DNA of 64,000 nucleotides from Octopus vulgaris (taxonomy: Eukaryota). The notes beneath the pieces are model-generated. The model was not told the DNA's origin. It saw nothing but the letters and a program-made list of their open reading frames with translations, and made no database searches. Shown here in pieces: positions 25,368 through 39,300 of the stretch. Made by a program: the position numbers and the translations under genes. Position 1 is the stretch's first letter. The number at the start of each line of letters is the position of its first letter. The DNA is taken from assembly GCA_951406725.2 (NCBI GenBank), contig OX597823.1, positions 48,856,001 through 48,920,000 of the forward strand, in the 5' to 3' direction.

Positions 25368-25698
25368 CACCTTATACATGCATGTGGTAAATGTCAAAGA
25401 GTAAAGATTTGTTCATGCCATATTTACCTGATATATTAGATTAAAGTACTGATATTTTTTGTAAAAATTTGTTTAAATAATATAGATATATTTGAAATAA
25501 TTCCATTTTGAAATGATACATATACTTAATGAGAGCATTTTATAAATTAGTATATTTAAACTAAGACAGACTGGAGAAATTATATATTTCACTTGAAGTC
25601 AAATGAGAATAAACTGATAGCGAATCGGTGCCAAAATATAAATGATATACCTGAATTATGAGGCAATCAAGTGACTTCTAATTAAAGTAATGATTTTC

Positions 25699-25850
25699 TT
25701 TTGATTAGGCACCAAGTCACCTCCGCAAAATTAGAAAATTAATAGAATCAAACATAGTATGTTACAGATGCTTATTTAATTGACTTAGTAGAACTGACAA
25801 ATAAAGTCAAATCTGATTGGATTCACAATTTAGAACCAGCAATGAATCAA
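25699..25850 (+). repeat. ~150-bp direct repeat, copy 1 (copy 2 at 28272-28423)
   Basis: TTTTGATTAGGCACCAAGTCACCTC...CAATGAATCAA shared, with scattered substitutions. Confidence 0.92.
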
Positions 25851-26909
25851 ATGCCATAAAATATCAGAGCTAATTAAAACTGTTACTAAATGTTTTAATT
25901 TCTGAACCTACTTATTTTTGATATTGAAATCAGATGTTATGAAATGTAAAGACCTATAATATAAGTTATGATGTAAATCTTAACTTCAGAATAAGATTGA
26001 GGATATAATTTATTATATACAACATTTATATTATTCATTATACAATTGATTGATGTACTGTCGAATGAATTCAAGGATATAATCTATTATAAATACAACA
26101 TTCATATTATTTATATTCTCCATAAGACAATTAATTGATAAATTACTTATTCAGTAGAACCTGTAGTAGAATTAAACAAAAATTCTAGACATGGAAGCAA
26201 AACCTAGAATCAAGAGAACTCACACAACCTCAGAAAAAACTGAAGTATTGGTATGTAAGAAAGTAGATATGACCTTGTTATAATTAGAGAAAAGGCTTTG
26301 CTTGATATGCAGAAAAGAGAAAGGCAGGAATTCAATATGGTGTACCAAGCTTAAACTATGAATGCGCATGAAGTGTAATGCAATTAGAGGACAAATAGAA
26401 TAAGCAGACTTTGTATAGGGCAGATGCACAGGTTTATAAAAGCTAATGGCATATGAGAAATAGATTTTCTCAAATGCCCAGAAGCAAAGATTTATCTAAA
26501 TTTTTAAAAGTTGCGCATTCATCTAATATTACTCTAAGCAATGTAGATTATAATTAACATCCTGATCTTTCATGTCTAATTCACATAAAGAAACACTCAT
26601 ATCTACTGATAACACAATACCTACCTTTTATGACAAATTTATTTGCTTGTTACTTCTGTTAAGTTCCTTACTTCTCAGAGAGAACAAAATTTCTAAATAT
26701 TTCTCCTCAGAAGCTGTAAAAGCAAGCAGTGACATAGAAAGAGCTATTAGAGAGTCTGTTATGACTGAAGATATAGGATTTACCATCAAAAGGGAAGTGT
26801 TAGAAACTGCCATTAGGTCTATTATTGTCATATTATTATTATATCTGTAGTCAATCACGGTGACTATGTCTGTTTATGGCTTTGGCATGACTAGATAAGT
26901 TTTCTCCAT

Positions 26910-27230
26910 ACTGGTCAGTTTTTTGCTTTGGTTTGCTGTTTATTATGGTCAATTCCTTTCCACTTCATGTTCCTTTTTGCGGTATCTTTGAATCTCAGTC
27001 TAAGTATTCCATGCTTTCTTTTCCCCATGTATAACTGGGAGTAAAAGATTTGCCTGGGGAGTCTGCCGGTGCCCCAACCAACATAAATTTCTATCAATGA
27101 GGATTTCTATCATAGGAGACAAACCAGAATTCTGTAGGATCTTTTCATTCTTGATCTTGCCACAGAGAGTAATATCCATAATTGGAACTACACTTAACCA
27201 AAATGGTATGGCAGTTCATTTTTTTTTATT
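26910..27230 (-). mobile_element. RTE (BovB-like) LINE C-terminal relic
   Basis: RLPRQIFYSQL..GKRKHG..RLRFKDTAKRNMK..GID. Confidence 0.75.
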
Positions 27231-27368
27231 TAGTACCTGAATTTCTACCCTGAAAAGTCATTGCACAGTAGAAAAAGACACTTATGAAATAGTAGAGCCA
27301 ATCAAAAAGGAGTGTCTCTTTCTTATATACAGATGACTCAGCCCAGTGACTGATGAGAAATCTGAAGT

Positions 27369-27663
27369 TTATATTCTTTTATTCTTTTATTTGTTTCAGT
27401 CATTTGACTGCAGCCATGCTGGAGCATTGCCTTAAAAGGTTTTTAATCAAAGAAATTGATCCCAGAATTTATTCTTTGTAAGTCTAGTACTTATTCTATT
27501 GGTCTCTTTTGCTGAACCACTAAGTTATGAGAATATAAACACACCAACATCAGTTGTCAAGTGATGGTGGGGGAATAAACATAGACACAAAGACACACTC
27601 ATATAACTATATACATATACACAAACACACAAACACACACACACACAAAGACACACACACACA

Positions 27664-27700
<37 letters not shown>

Positions 27701-27920
27701 ATGGCAGTGCTCCAGCATGGCCATAGTCATTTGACTGAAACATATAAAAGAATAAAATAATATGACAGGCTTCTTTCAGTTTCTGTCTACCAAATCCCGT
27801 CACTCTCAAAGTTTTGTTCAGCCCAAAGCTACAGTGGAAGACACTAGCCCAAGGTGCCATGCAATGGGGCTGAACCCAGAACCATGTGATCGGGAAGCAA
27901 ATTTCTTACCACACAGCCAA
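27369..27920 (-). mobile_element. CORE-like SINE with an inverted tail fragment (27700-27760) inside its microsatellite
   Basis: 3' half at 27369-27600, 5' half at 27762-27920. Confidence 0.8.
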
Positions 27921-28479
27921 AACCTGCTCCTGTATGTTTGTTAAATGTATGAAAATAAGATTAAAAATGAGAAAATATGCTGTTGATTAAAACTCATGCT
28001 CTTCTGTTATGAAATCATACATCATTCTTGGTCTTCTAATGATGCCACAGAAATCCACACATATCCTTAGCTTCGTTGATGGATTTTGTTTGTCTGCAAA
28101 ATCTTCCATATTTGATGGATGACATTAAACACGTTATTTCTGGACACAACTGTTGTCGAAACTTAACTTCACAATTCAAAACAATATTGACACATCAGAT
28201 TTATGCATTCATCCCTTCAAATAAACATTGATTTTTACGGATTTGTTAACTGTTAATGTCAAAAATTGTTGTTTTGATTAGGCACCAAGTCACCTCTGTA
28301 AAATTAGAAAATTAATAGAATCAAACACAGTATATTACAGATGCTTATTTAATTGACTTAGGAGAACTGACAAATAAATTCAAATCTGATTGGATCCAAA
28401 TTTTTGAACCATCAATGAATCAATAACTGTTGGTGAATGTTCTAGTTTTCTGCAACACATTTCTTTATCAGCTGCCATT

Positions 28480-29290
28480 TCTTGTTTGTCTACATTGTTT
28501 TAATTTGCAGTTTACCTGTTTATGTCCATATAGATCAAGGAACCATCTTCAAGTCTTCTGAACAGAGGCCTCTCTTGCATGATGAGAGAATTTCCTCTAG
28601 TCATTCAAGCCTGTACCACCCTCCTAGAAATGGATCATGTGAGCAATATCTTGGTATCATCAGTTAAACCATAAACACTAGCTCTAAATAAAATAAATAA
28701 ATGTGCCCTTTTAAAGCCTAGCCAGGCTCATGGGCCCAGTTTCCTGGTTTCTATGGCATATGTGTTCCACAGCTGGACGGAACACCAGTCCATCGTGGCG
28801 CTAATCATTTTTGCCAGCTGAGTGGACTGGAGCAATGTGAAATGAAGTGTTTTGCTCAAGAACACAATGCGTTGCCCAGTCCAGGTATCAAAACCATTCC
28901 CCATTAGTAGAATTGCTTTGCCCTTGTGTCAAGGGATAAGATGAATGCCAAAAAACATTAGCTCTAGACTTTAAAATCTACCTATCCACATATAGTAATC
29001 TATTCTACATAATGTCTTAATTTTTGTACGATTTTCATTGTGTACAACCACAAACTCAGCACAGTTTGCATGTCCAAATGCTTTTCAGTCTTTTCAAAAT
29101 ATTGTTGCTGAATTAAACGCAACAACCTGACTTCCTTCATATGGAAATGTTATGCTGAAAAGATACATCCATAATAAGGACAAGCTTTTAGTTCACGGAT
29201 CAAATTCCCAGTATGTTCAGGATCACTTTACCCTTAACTGAGAATATACAATAACAGTTAGGGACTTAATCTCCATCAAGAGATATCCCT
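28480..29290 (+). mobile_element. Gypsy-type LTR retrotransposon integrase relic
   Basis: PVYVHIDQGTIFKSSE..SSLYHPPRNGSCEQ resembles the integrase core; downstream VMLKRYI..NSQYV; heavily decayed. Confidence 0.6.
28700..28897 (-). mobile_element. SINE fragment related to 44248-44555
   Basis: GGCTCATGGGCCCAGTTTCCTGGTTTC and GTGTTTTGCTCAAGAACAC blocks are shared. Confidence 0.7.
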
Positions 29291-29859
29291 GGTAAGGCTG
29301 AAATAAGGTATGATAAAAATTGCCTTGATTGTCTAACCTGACTTTTGATAAAACACTTGCACTGCAATGAGATTAAACTGGAAATTTATGAACTATGTAG
29401 AGACTATGTTACTTGGTTCTACAAGCATTAAATGGCCTATTGAAAGATATGGATACAGCTGAATATTTTATATTATATGATTATACTTTAAAAAAAACAG
29501 AAATTTCGAGTAATTGTTCTGATAGTATTGTATGTTTGTAGTTCTAGAGTTGAATGTAATAATTTTATGTAGATATGCTGTATTTTAATAATAACAATGA
29601 TTGAATCTCCACCACATGCTTCAACTAAGTAAATGTTTCTATTACTATAAATATTATTGTAAACTACTATCTCTACCAGTCTGCTGGTAGAAATTTTAGT
29701 GAATTAAAGCCTGATTTAAATTGACTTTCATCTTAGGTTAATGAAATAGAAATACAGTTCACACATACAAAAAAATAGTAACTTAATAATATAAATGATG
29801 ATAGTGATGAGGATGATGAATAACATACAATTATCTTTCTTTCTTTCTCTTCCTCTCTC

Positions 29860-29914
<55 letters not shown>

Positions 29915-30510
29915 ATATATCTATATATATATATATTAGGTAAAAGATATGACAGAAATATAAAAATTCAGAACTTCTGTAATATATATGTTGAAATACT
30001 TCCTCAAAATTTATTGGTATTTGTATAAAACAGAATTTAAATTGGTGGAATTATATGAATTATTCTTTTATTCCTTTTTGGTCTAAATTGCAAAATTTGT
30101 CAGATAGTTTTCATTGGAGTGTAACTTATTTAGTTAAAAAGTTATCAATTTTAGAGAGATTTTAATAAGTTTATCTTTTTTTATCAGAGTAAATTTATTT
30201 TGATTAAAATTTGTAGTAATATTTTGAGATGAAATATGTGCACAGCCTGTGGCTCTTCTGGCTGAGAGATGTGTCAGAGAAATTGCAGTGGAAAACTACA
30301 TAAAATAGATTTATAGAGTCAGACAAAGGAAACGTTTTCAATTTGAAATCCAAGTTTGATTTAGATTCCCTTGGAATACCATCTTTTCCTTCAATAATTA
30401 CAAAGTGCATTCCAGAAGTTTTGAGACTTTTCCAGGAGAGACAGTTAATAATTCTAAAGGAGTACAAAACTCTAAACTCCTTCAAAGTAAGATCCTCTGA
30501 CATCAATTCA

Positions 30511-30735
30511 CTAGTTGCAGCACTCCAGACACTTTGTGAAGACCCCATTGAAGCCCTCCAAAGTGAAGATGTGCAGGTCCCTTGTCACAGCATCCTTCAT
30601 CTTCTCCATCAGCTTGAGGAACAAATAAAAGTCACAGGGATCATGGTCTGGATTGTAGGGAGGATGAGGGATAGTTTTGATGCTCATCTCTGTCAAGTAG
30701 TTGGTTAGGAATCTTTTCCTAAACTGCCTCAAAAA
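30511..30735 (-). mobile_element. mariner transposase C-terminal relic
   Basis: IPHPPYNPDHDPCDFYLF (YSPDLAP.D motif), EKMKDAVT. Confidence 0.75.
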
Positions 30736-30899
30736 CTATACAAAGTACTGTTTGTTGACTGTCTGGCCTTGATGGATTCTCAGAAATCCTTCTCAAATCA
30801 TGCAACTGAACTTTTGCAAAACTGTTCCAACTTCTTTTTCAGAGCTTCCTTGTAAGTGGTAAGCTTCCAGGCAAATTGAAGGAGTGAGTGATATGTTCT

Positions 30900-31611
30900 G
30901 TTAATAAATGAAAAGGTTTCTTTGTTTCTGTCAGGATCAGATGGTGAATACACAGAACGACCGTTGGCTTGCCATGTTCCCAAAACATGTACTGAGAGTG
31001 ATAGAAATCAAACATCCAGTCAGTATCATGGTGTTTGGAATGATCACTAGTAATGGCAACGTTATGCCTCCATTTATCATTCCACATGGCCTCAGGCTCA
31101 ACAGGGAGGACTACATCAAGTTCCTGGAGGAGGTAATGCTGCCCTGAGTCAAGAGAAAGGCTACTGGAAGTCCCTATGTCTGGCAACATGACTCTGCACC
31201 ATGCCACACAAGCAGGAGAACCCAGTTGTAGCTGTCAGACAATTTCTGCGATCACATCACACCTAACATCTGGTCACCTAACTCACCAAACTGCAACCCC
31301 CTCGATTATTATGTATGGGGTGCAGTTGAGTGAGATTCCAACAAAACTCCTTGTAACACCAAAAATGAACTGAAGGCAAGGATTATGGCAGCATTCACCA
31401 ATGTAAATGAGGAGACCATCTAGAAGAGTTGCAGGAGATTCTGAAGTCGTCTGGAGGCCATGGTTGAAGCCAGTGGCGATTTTGTTGAATAAATTTACTC
31501 TTTAGTTTCCAAGATATTTTTATGTAATTTTGGTAAATATATCTGTTAAAATGAGATGTCAGTGTTATTTTCATTTTTGTGTAATTTAGACATTTTATTT
31601 ACCGCATTCTG
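30900..31611 (+). mobile_element. DD37D (maT) transposon 3' part, same family as 22922-24631
   Basis: FCQDQMVNTQNDRWLA..IMVFGMITSNG..WQHDSAPCHT..NCNPLDYYVWG; ends ACCGCATTCTG-TA. Confidence 0.88.
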
Positions 31612-31683
31612 TATATGATCACACCTGACTGAAATTTGGTGACTACTGCCAAAAATACTTACTTGCCAGTTGCAAACGTCACC

Positions 31684-32712
31684 TGTTTCATTCTGTGGTC
31701 ACATAACCTTGAGCAACTCTTAGAATTTAAAAACTTAATTAGCAACATTAACCACAGTATTTAAGTTACAATGGAATACAGTCACAAACAGCTACCCTTT
31801 CTGGATATTTTAATCATAAAAAGAGATACTAACATTGAAACTGACATCTACTTTAAACCAACCGGCTCAAAACAATATCTTCTATTCTCTTCTTGTCATC
31901 TTATTTACTAAAATCAATATATGTTTTAATTTGGCAAAAAGAATTTGCACAATTGTATCCAATCCTGAAACCCAGGATATATACGATTCCAAGAACTTAA
32001 AAATATATTACCAGAAAGAAAATAGCCAATTAGTTTAATCAAAAATGGAATAGAACATGCAAATATGACAGACATCCAAGAATTACAAAAAACAAGAAAA
32101 TTCCCTGACTTAATTAGAATTTTGCCTTACATATCAACACACAATCCAAGAAACATGGAAGCATACAATATCATCCATCAGAATATAACCTTCCTGCTGA
32201 ATGGCCTACTAATGAAAAAAGCACTCGAAGCACATAAAATTATTAAAAGTAAAAGACAACCAGAATCTCTAAAAAAGATTACTTACCAGTGCCAAATTAC
32301 CCACCAAAATTACAATCCCACTAGTCAAAAAATGCAACTGCCCTTTCTGAATCAATCTTATGAAAGGTTCAACATATGAGTTCAAGTCAGGTTAAATATT
32401 CACCATAAAAATCATTTCTCTCTGCATCAAAGAACTTGATTTATGTTCTCAAATGTGGTGGATGTGGTGGGGAGTACATAGGTCAAATGAGTTTGACCTT
32501 GTGGAACAAACTGATAATACACAAGCAACAGATTTGGGGCCCCATAACCAGGAACATTCCTCTTAGTACGCACCTGCATCAATGCCCCACAAACAAAAAT
32601 CCAAAATGCCTGATTTTCATTCTCTATCAATGCACCTGAAACACTTCAGTTCAATTCCAATTAAATTTTTTTTAAATGTTTATTAAAAACTATCAACCCC
32701 AACTAAATATCC
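31684..32712 (+). mobile_element. Penelope-like element remnant (RT thumb + GIY-YIG)
   Basis: CFILW..TMEYS..LPFLDILI..FNLAKRICTIVS..LPYISTHNP..IYVLKCGGCGGEYIGQ..HKQQI; frameshifted. Confidence 0.9.
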
Positions 32713-34849
32713 TATCATAACACACCAGAAAGCAAAATCCAAGTTTGTTCATGAAAATTGATCAGAGACAACAAATATAAATCGAAAAGTTTAAGTTATA
32801 GGCTTCCTTAGGGACTTGAAACCCTAATTCCAAACTACTGTACAATAATACCTTACACTTTCTCAAATACCAGTTGTGGACATCACTCTAGTCTAAATCA
32901 ATGCTCTAAATCAAAATCAGACTCCTAGGAAAAAACAAATAAACATCAAGCTGATCAAACCAGTGGATTCTTAAGGGAACCAGCCAACTGGAACACCAAA
33001 TGAACATCAGGCAAAAACAGGTTATCAAGTTCTCACCAGAAAGTCAACCAGCCAGAGCACTGAACTTTGCCAAAACAAAAATATTAAAACTAATGATATC
33101 ACTTAACTTACAACTAATCAGAACTTGATCCTTTACAGTGCTCAACAAGGAATGGAAAGATTTGACAAACAAACGGCATCATCAGGAAATCAAAACAAAA
33201 ATATTACAAAATTTAAAAACTACACGTTTTGAGAATCAAGTGCATTTTCAACACACATTTATACACACACACACATGCATATACATATTCATGCGTATGC
33301 ACACACACACACACATGCATATACATACATGTATATACATACATATTTTGACTTTGCATTTTGAATTTTAAAAAATAATGCAGTAATAATTAAATAAAGT
33401 ATTTAATAACTGCTTGAAATTCTTGAAGTCAGTGGCTGAAGCATGGTCATTGTCCAGTGATGGAAACCAGCAAAAAAAAAACAAGAAGTATTATAATTAT
33501 CTTTTTTGTGTGCTTTGATTTTTTTAAGAGGCCTAACTGTTTGAAATAAGAAACTTTATTAATCATCATCATCATCATCATTTAATGTCTGTTTTCCATG
33601 CTAGCATGGGTTGGACAGTTTGACAAGCTGGTAAGGCCAGAGAGCTGCACCAAACTCCACTTGTCTGTTTTGGCATGATTTCTATGGCTGGATGCCCTTC
33701 CTAACACCAACCACTTTACAGAGTGTACTGGATGCTTTTTATGTGGTACAAGCACCAGAGCTTCATATGTGGCACCAACACGGCTGCTTTGATATCATAG
33801 CCTAAAATCATAGAAGCATACATTCTGAATGTGCGAAACTTCATATTACAACAACATTAGTTAATGATAAAGGAATTTGAATAAAGAGTAACTTATACAA
33901 ATTTAATAAAACAAATCAATGACCACATAAGATTAAAACTGCTAAGAATGAATTAGAGCATTAAGAAAAATCTAAAGCAACTGAACAAATCTTAAGAATG
34001 ATATCACAGAAGAACTTGGCTTATTTGAAGTGATACTTAACAAGTATTACTAATCATCATGTTAGTATTCTTGGAAGAGATTAACTGTTAATGTTATTGC
34101 ATGTAAAAGCTGCATTCTTGATGTAGAAAGTGAAGCCATAGACAAGTTTAAGAATTATTTTTACAATTGACTTTTTACATATTCTTTACGTTTTCCATCA
34201 ACAGTAGCAAATACGGAACTTTGTTTACCTTATGCAACCTGTACACTTACAATAGAAGTGCATTTTCCCCACAAAATCAAAATATATTATTATATTATAT
34301 TGTGTAACAATTGTAAATTGTACAAACACAAATGTCTCTATATAGTTATTTAGCCTTCACAAATAACATCAAAAATAAATACACAAAAGATATTGTTAGT
34401 GTTGTATACAAAAAAGAGAGGATGGTCACATCTGAAATACCTTGATTTAAAATTAATAGTCTGCTGGCTTAAAAGTCTTGCCATGTGTTTGTGTGTATGT
34501 GTGTGCATATGCAAATGCACACACACACACACACATGCACACACTATTACTGAACAGTGAGAAAGAAATGCTCAACACTGCATTGGTGGATAAATGTTCT
34601 TTATTTGTGGGTGGACAAGGCTACCAATGGTTTCATGTAAGAGAAATCTCTTAACAACTATCAAGCCTGACACTTGGGAATGTTGGTACGCATCTCTATT
34701 TTGGGGACGAGTACCAACGTTCCCATGTGGCAGACTTGATAACTGTTCAGAGATTCCTCTTTACTTGAAACTATTCTTAGCTTTGTTAATCTACATATAT
34801 ATTTATATATATATATATATATATGATCAATTCATCATGTTGAAGCATT

Positions 34850-35048
34850 AATCCCTACACATTTTTTCACTCTTTGTATTTGTTTTTTGTTGCTTTTTTT
34901 TGTTGTCACTCCATTATTTTCCTCTCATCCCTTTCATTTGAAGAGCATAGGCTTGAAATGTCAAAGACTTTTTCATTTTTCCTGAGTGTCAAACACTTGC
35001 TTGATGTTCCCTCACCTGTCTTCATCTTTTGTTTTCTGTAAATTTGAA

Positions 35049-35050
<2 letters not shown>
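34850..35050 (+). mobile_element. Short repeat with degenerate hammerhead (34931-34966)
   Basis: cttt-CATTTGA-a-gagc-atag-gctt-GAAAT-GTC-aaag; tail TCTTCATCTTTTGTTTTCTGTAAATTTGAACT shared with 49710-49920(-) and 57622-57715; ends in (CA)n. Confidence 0.6.
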
Positions 35051-35105
<55 letters not shown>

Positions 35106-35513
35106 GTTCAAATTTATATATAATCTTCTTGATTTTAACACTGAGTCATCAAAAGTTTTAGTGTGAAACTGTATTCATAGGTCGTAGAGTAAATGGTGTC
35201 CCCGTGTCAATATGATTTGTTTCTGCCAAGCAAGTAGTCTGTATTGTCATTATCAGTATATTTGATCTATGTACAAGGCTTATTTCTCAAATGGCTCTGT
35301 TCACCTAACTGAGGTACCATAAAGCAGGAAAAAATTTTTTACAAAGCAACAACACTGTAAAATTGATTTCTATTCTGGCACACAATCACATATTTTTGAG
35401 AGAGATAGTAATCAATGAAATTAACCCCAACACCTACTCAGTATATTTGTTTCATAAATCCTGAAAGGATGGAAGGCAAAGTTAAATCTGGTGTAATTTG
35501 AACATAAAGCAAA

Positions 35514-36393
35514 TGAAGGTGGGCTGAAAAGTTCATAGGCTGAGCCAGGTACTCTCATGGAATGTGACCAAATAAGGTTTATTTTTCAACATAGTATCTC
35601 TTGCAGTCCACATACTTCTTCCATCAGTGTTGTAGTGCTTTGATCTCATTGATGAAGAAGCTTTCTATCTAGGTGTTCAGAATAGTTATCAACAACAGAT
35701 ATGATGTCATCCTCATTGTGATATTGGTTCCTAGTCAAGTGTTTTTTCATGTTGGGGAACAGATGATAGTCAGATGGGGCTAAATCAGGAGAATAGGGAG
35801 GGTGATCAATCAGTTCAAAGCCACAGTTATGCACAACAGCCATTGAAACCAAGAACCTGTGTGCTTGAGTGTTGTCCTGATAAAACAAGACCCTTTTCGC
35901 CAGCTTTCCTGGGTGTTTGCTCCTGATAGCCTTTTGTAATTGCATTAGCAAACTGGCATAGTACTCTCCATTGACAGTGTGGCCCTTTTGAAGTTAGTCA
36001 ATAAACACAATGTCTTTTGTATACCAAAAGAATGAGGCCATCACCTTCCCTGCAGATGAAACGACCTTGGTCGTCTTTGGAGAGGGGAAGAGGGATGTTT
36101 CTACAGTATGGATTGTCTCTTTGTCTCTGATTCAAAGTGATAAGGCCAACACTCATCCTGGGTTAGGAAATGTTGAAGGATACCAGTTGGACCTGCTTCA
36201 AACAATGTCAAGTTTTCCTGTGATGTGATCCAGCCTGGTGTGCTTTTGATCAGGTTTCAGATATGGCACCCACTGAGCAGAAACCTTTGTTATGCCAAGC
36301 TCATAGTGTGGAATATTCTCAACTCTTTTGTGATATGCTGATAGCATTGGCTATTTGATTTATAGTCATGTCATCCATCAGCCCACCCTTGTA
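35514..36393 (-). mobile_element. DD34D mariner remnant
   Basis: YQDNTQAH...HPPYSPDLAPSDYHLF (34 residues between the Asp); TIR GGTGGGCTGA / TCAGCCCACC-CTTG-TA. Confidence 0.9.
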
Positions 36394-39300
36394 AAGGACC
36401 ATAACTAAACATTACAAGACATTTGATCTGACATTACTATTTCTGCTAATTCATGTGACCATTTCATCTCCTCATAGAGTGTTCAGAAAAGGCATTAAAT
36501 TTCAATAATTTTATTTCAAAGACAATTGGCCTGATGGATTGTCCTAATTATTTTTAAAATTAATATTTATAATTAATGACTAATCCCCTAATGGATAACT
36601 CTAATTACTTAAAAGTGATATATCTGACTCAGCCATCTCACCACAAATAGATTATCTAAGAAAAGAAGTGTAAACCACCAATGTAGATCGATATCATCAA
36701 TACCACATTTACTGCCCTACAACAGTTGGTAATCTAATTAACTGCTTAGAAATGGATGTAGATTTATATCTTGTTTTGTTGTTTAGCTTAGCCCTGATCA
36801 TGCTAGCCTTATGATCAAAGGCATTCTGACAATGACTATACCATTTTTTAATATTGATGCATTATATTCTGGTATAGCATCTTTACATACATCTTGATCT
36901 CATGTCATCTCACAATGAAATAGCTTAAGTAAGACTTTGAAACAATGAAGCTCACAGATAAGACAAATATCAAAAGAAATAAAGTAATGCCATTCTGCAA
37001 ATCTATCTGGTACATACCAGTATTACAAAACAGATATGAAAATAATGGTGATGACTGTGATAGTCAAAGATACATTTTATTGTTTTAATAACAATACCAG
37101 CATACTATATTTTTCCCATTTTGACACTGGTTTTATGATAACATTTTACAATACACTTGAGTTAGAATATTTAACATATTCTTGGTCTAAACAATTTGGA
37201 ATCTGAATAATATTAAGCTGAAGAATTTTATAAAAATCATCACAATGAATAATTACTTCAAAAGTACAAAAACTGATTTAACTTTTGGTCAGTTTGCCAT
37301 TAAAACTGAATACTTTTGAGGCTTATATTAGTAACTTATTCAAAATAATGTAAATTTAAAATCTAGAAAGAACCATAACATGTCATCAAAATTTATATAT
37401 TTATGGAGAATAAGGAAATATTACATGAAATTATGTTACGCTTTCAGAAAGATTATTTAGAAAATATTTCTCTCTATCATAAACAAGATATTAAAGCACA
37501 AAATAAAGAAATTGTAATATTATTTGTCTATTTCAATAATAAGAATTATTATTAGGTAAATATATTGCATTGTTCTTTTAGTAAATAAAAGAAATTTTAA
37601 GTAAATATATAAAAGTATCAAACAAAAGCAAGATAATTGAAACTCTCCAGTTCAACCAAGTTTCATCCACATGACTTTCTACAGATATTCTAGAAAGTAT
37701 TGCAAAAATGTCCTCCTTATTTTTTTCCCCTATTTTTCATATTCATAGAAGTATATAGGCATAGTGGATAAAGATACAGAATTATTTCTGGATTATGAGT
37801 TCAAATCCCATAGAGGAGGCTTATTGTGCATCTGCACAGATCACTTTATTCTACTCTGCCTTGATTTACCAAGCTGCTGCAAGGAGATATATTTGATCAA
37901 ATGGAAATATTTAACCTTAGGCTAGAGTTCTCCAGTTGTTTTGACCCATCTTATCCTTGAATTTGGACTCTGGTTCTGATTATGTTTCTTAGTAGCCACC
38001 ACATCTTTCTCTTATCTCTAAAAATCTCAACCAGTCCACTATATAATACACAGATATCCACTACCAGATGTATGGATAAACTTTATTAAAAATTTTTCTT
38101 GATTTTATCTTCCTAAGTATCCCACCTTTTCTTTCTTTGACTGTTACAGCATATAAATAAGATTCTTGACAAAACTTCCAATTTACTCAGTTTTTAATGC
38201 TAGCAGAGCATCAAAATAAATTCTTGCAGAATCTTTGCAATGTGTCTAATTCCTAAGAAGAGTTGCCTTTGGAAACCAGCTGACTGCCTTCACTTCTAAT
38301 GCAATGGAAACAGTCATAAACAATTATCTCCCCTATCAACCTGACTTTCACATTTTTTGTGAGATTTATAGTAATTAGGGATCCTCTAATGAGTCACTTA
38401 AAGAGCTAGAAATACATTAAATCTCCCTCAGATCACTCTTCATTGTCTTAAAAAATATACACTGGGTAATACAGTCTGGGATGCATTTTATATAAAAAAA
38501 AGACAAGATGTTCATGGCTGGAATGCATTTGGTCATATATTTACTTGATCAGGGTCAACTTGGTACTAAAAAATAATGACAATGACATTAAATTTAACTC
38601 TGTATCAAAAATAATGTTGTTGCACTTTGCACCCTCAAAGACTTCATTTGTGCTGGGTATGAGAAATTTCAACACAACTTACTTAAACATAGGTAAAATC
38701 TGCCTCTCATATCTTGAGATGAGATGCTTCCTACTCTTTTCATTTGAGTGCAGTTCAGAGTTTGCTTATGCCTCTTGTTTCTCAATTTCTTCTTTATAAT
38801 AAAGACCTTCTCACTTTAACTGACCAAACTACACTTCTCTGTGGATGACACCATCACTCAAGTCCTTTTAATCTACTAAAGAGAGATGGCATCTACATCA
38901 TGCTCAGGTAACCCATGCTAGACTTGAACTTCTTCTATGAACAGGAATTCAATAACTTTCTACAATGGAAATAACTGAACTTCTTTCAGCAGTGTTAAAG
39001 TACAGTTCCTGATTGGTTAGATAATTGCAGTTTATGTTCAATTTGAACTAAGAGAAAGCTTCCAGATTGATTGGCAAAGATACAATTACCAATAATTTAT
39101 TTCCACAAGACCATAAGGTATGCTGTTTCTTCTGTTTTCTCTAACATTACTATAAAGCCTTCTGCTTTTCTGAACTTGGAAGTTGCATGCCATCTCTGTC
39201 CAAACTCATTTTTGCAGCTATTTCTTTTCAGTTCATCATTCCTATTCTGTTTTATTGTAACAGAACCTGCACTTAATGTTTTCTTTAATCCTACCTCCTG

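Noticed and set aside
26625-26844. Minus-strand exon with good donor AAG|GTAGGT
   Set aside because: Acceptor lacks a pyrimidine tract and all three frames contain stops.
30304-30487. Open frame NRFIESDKGNVFNLKSKFDLDSLGIP.. ending at AAA|GTAAGA
   Set aside because: No recognisable homology and a weak acceptor; cannot be supported without RNA-seq or BLASTX.
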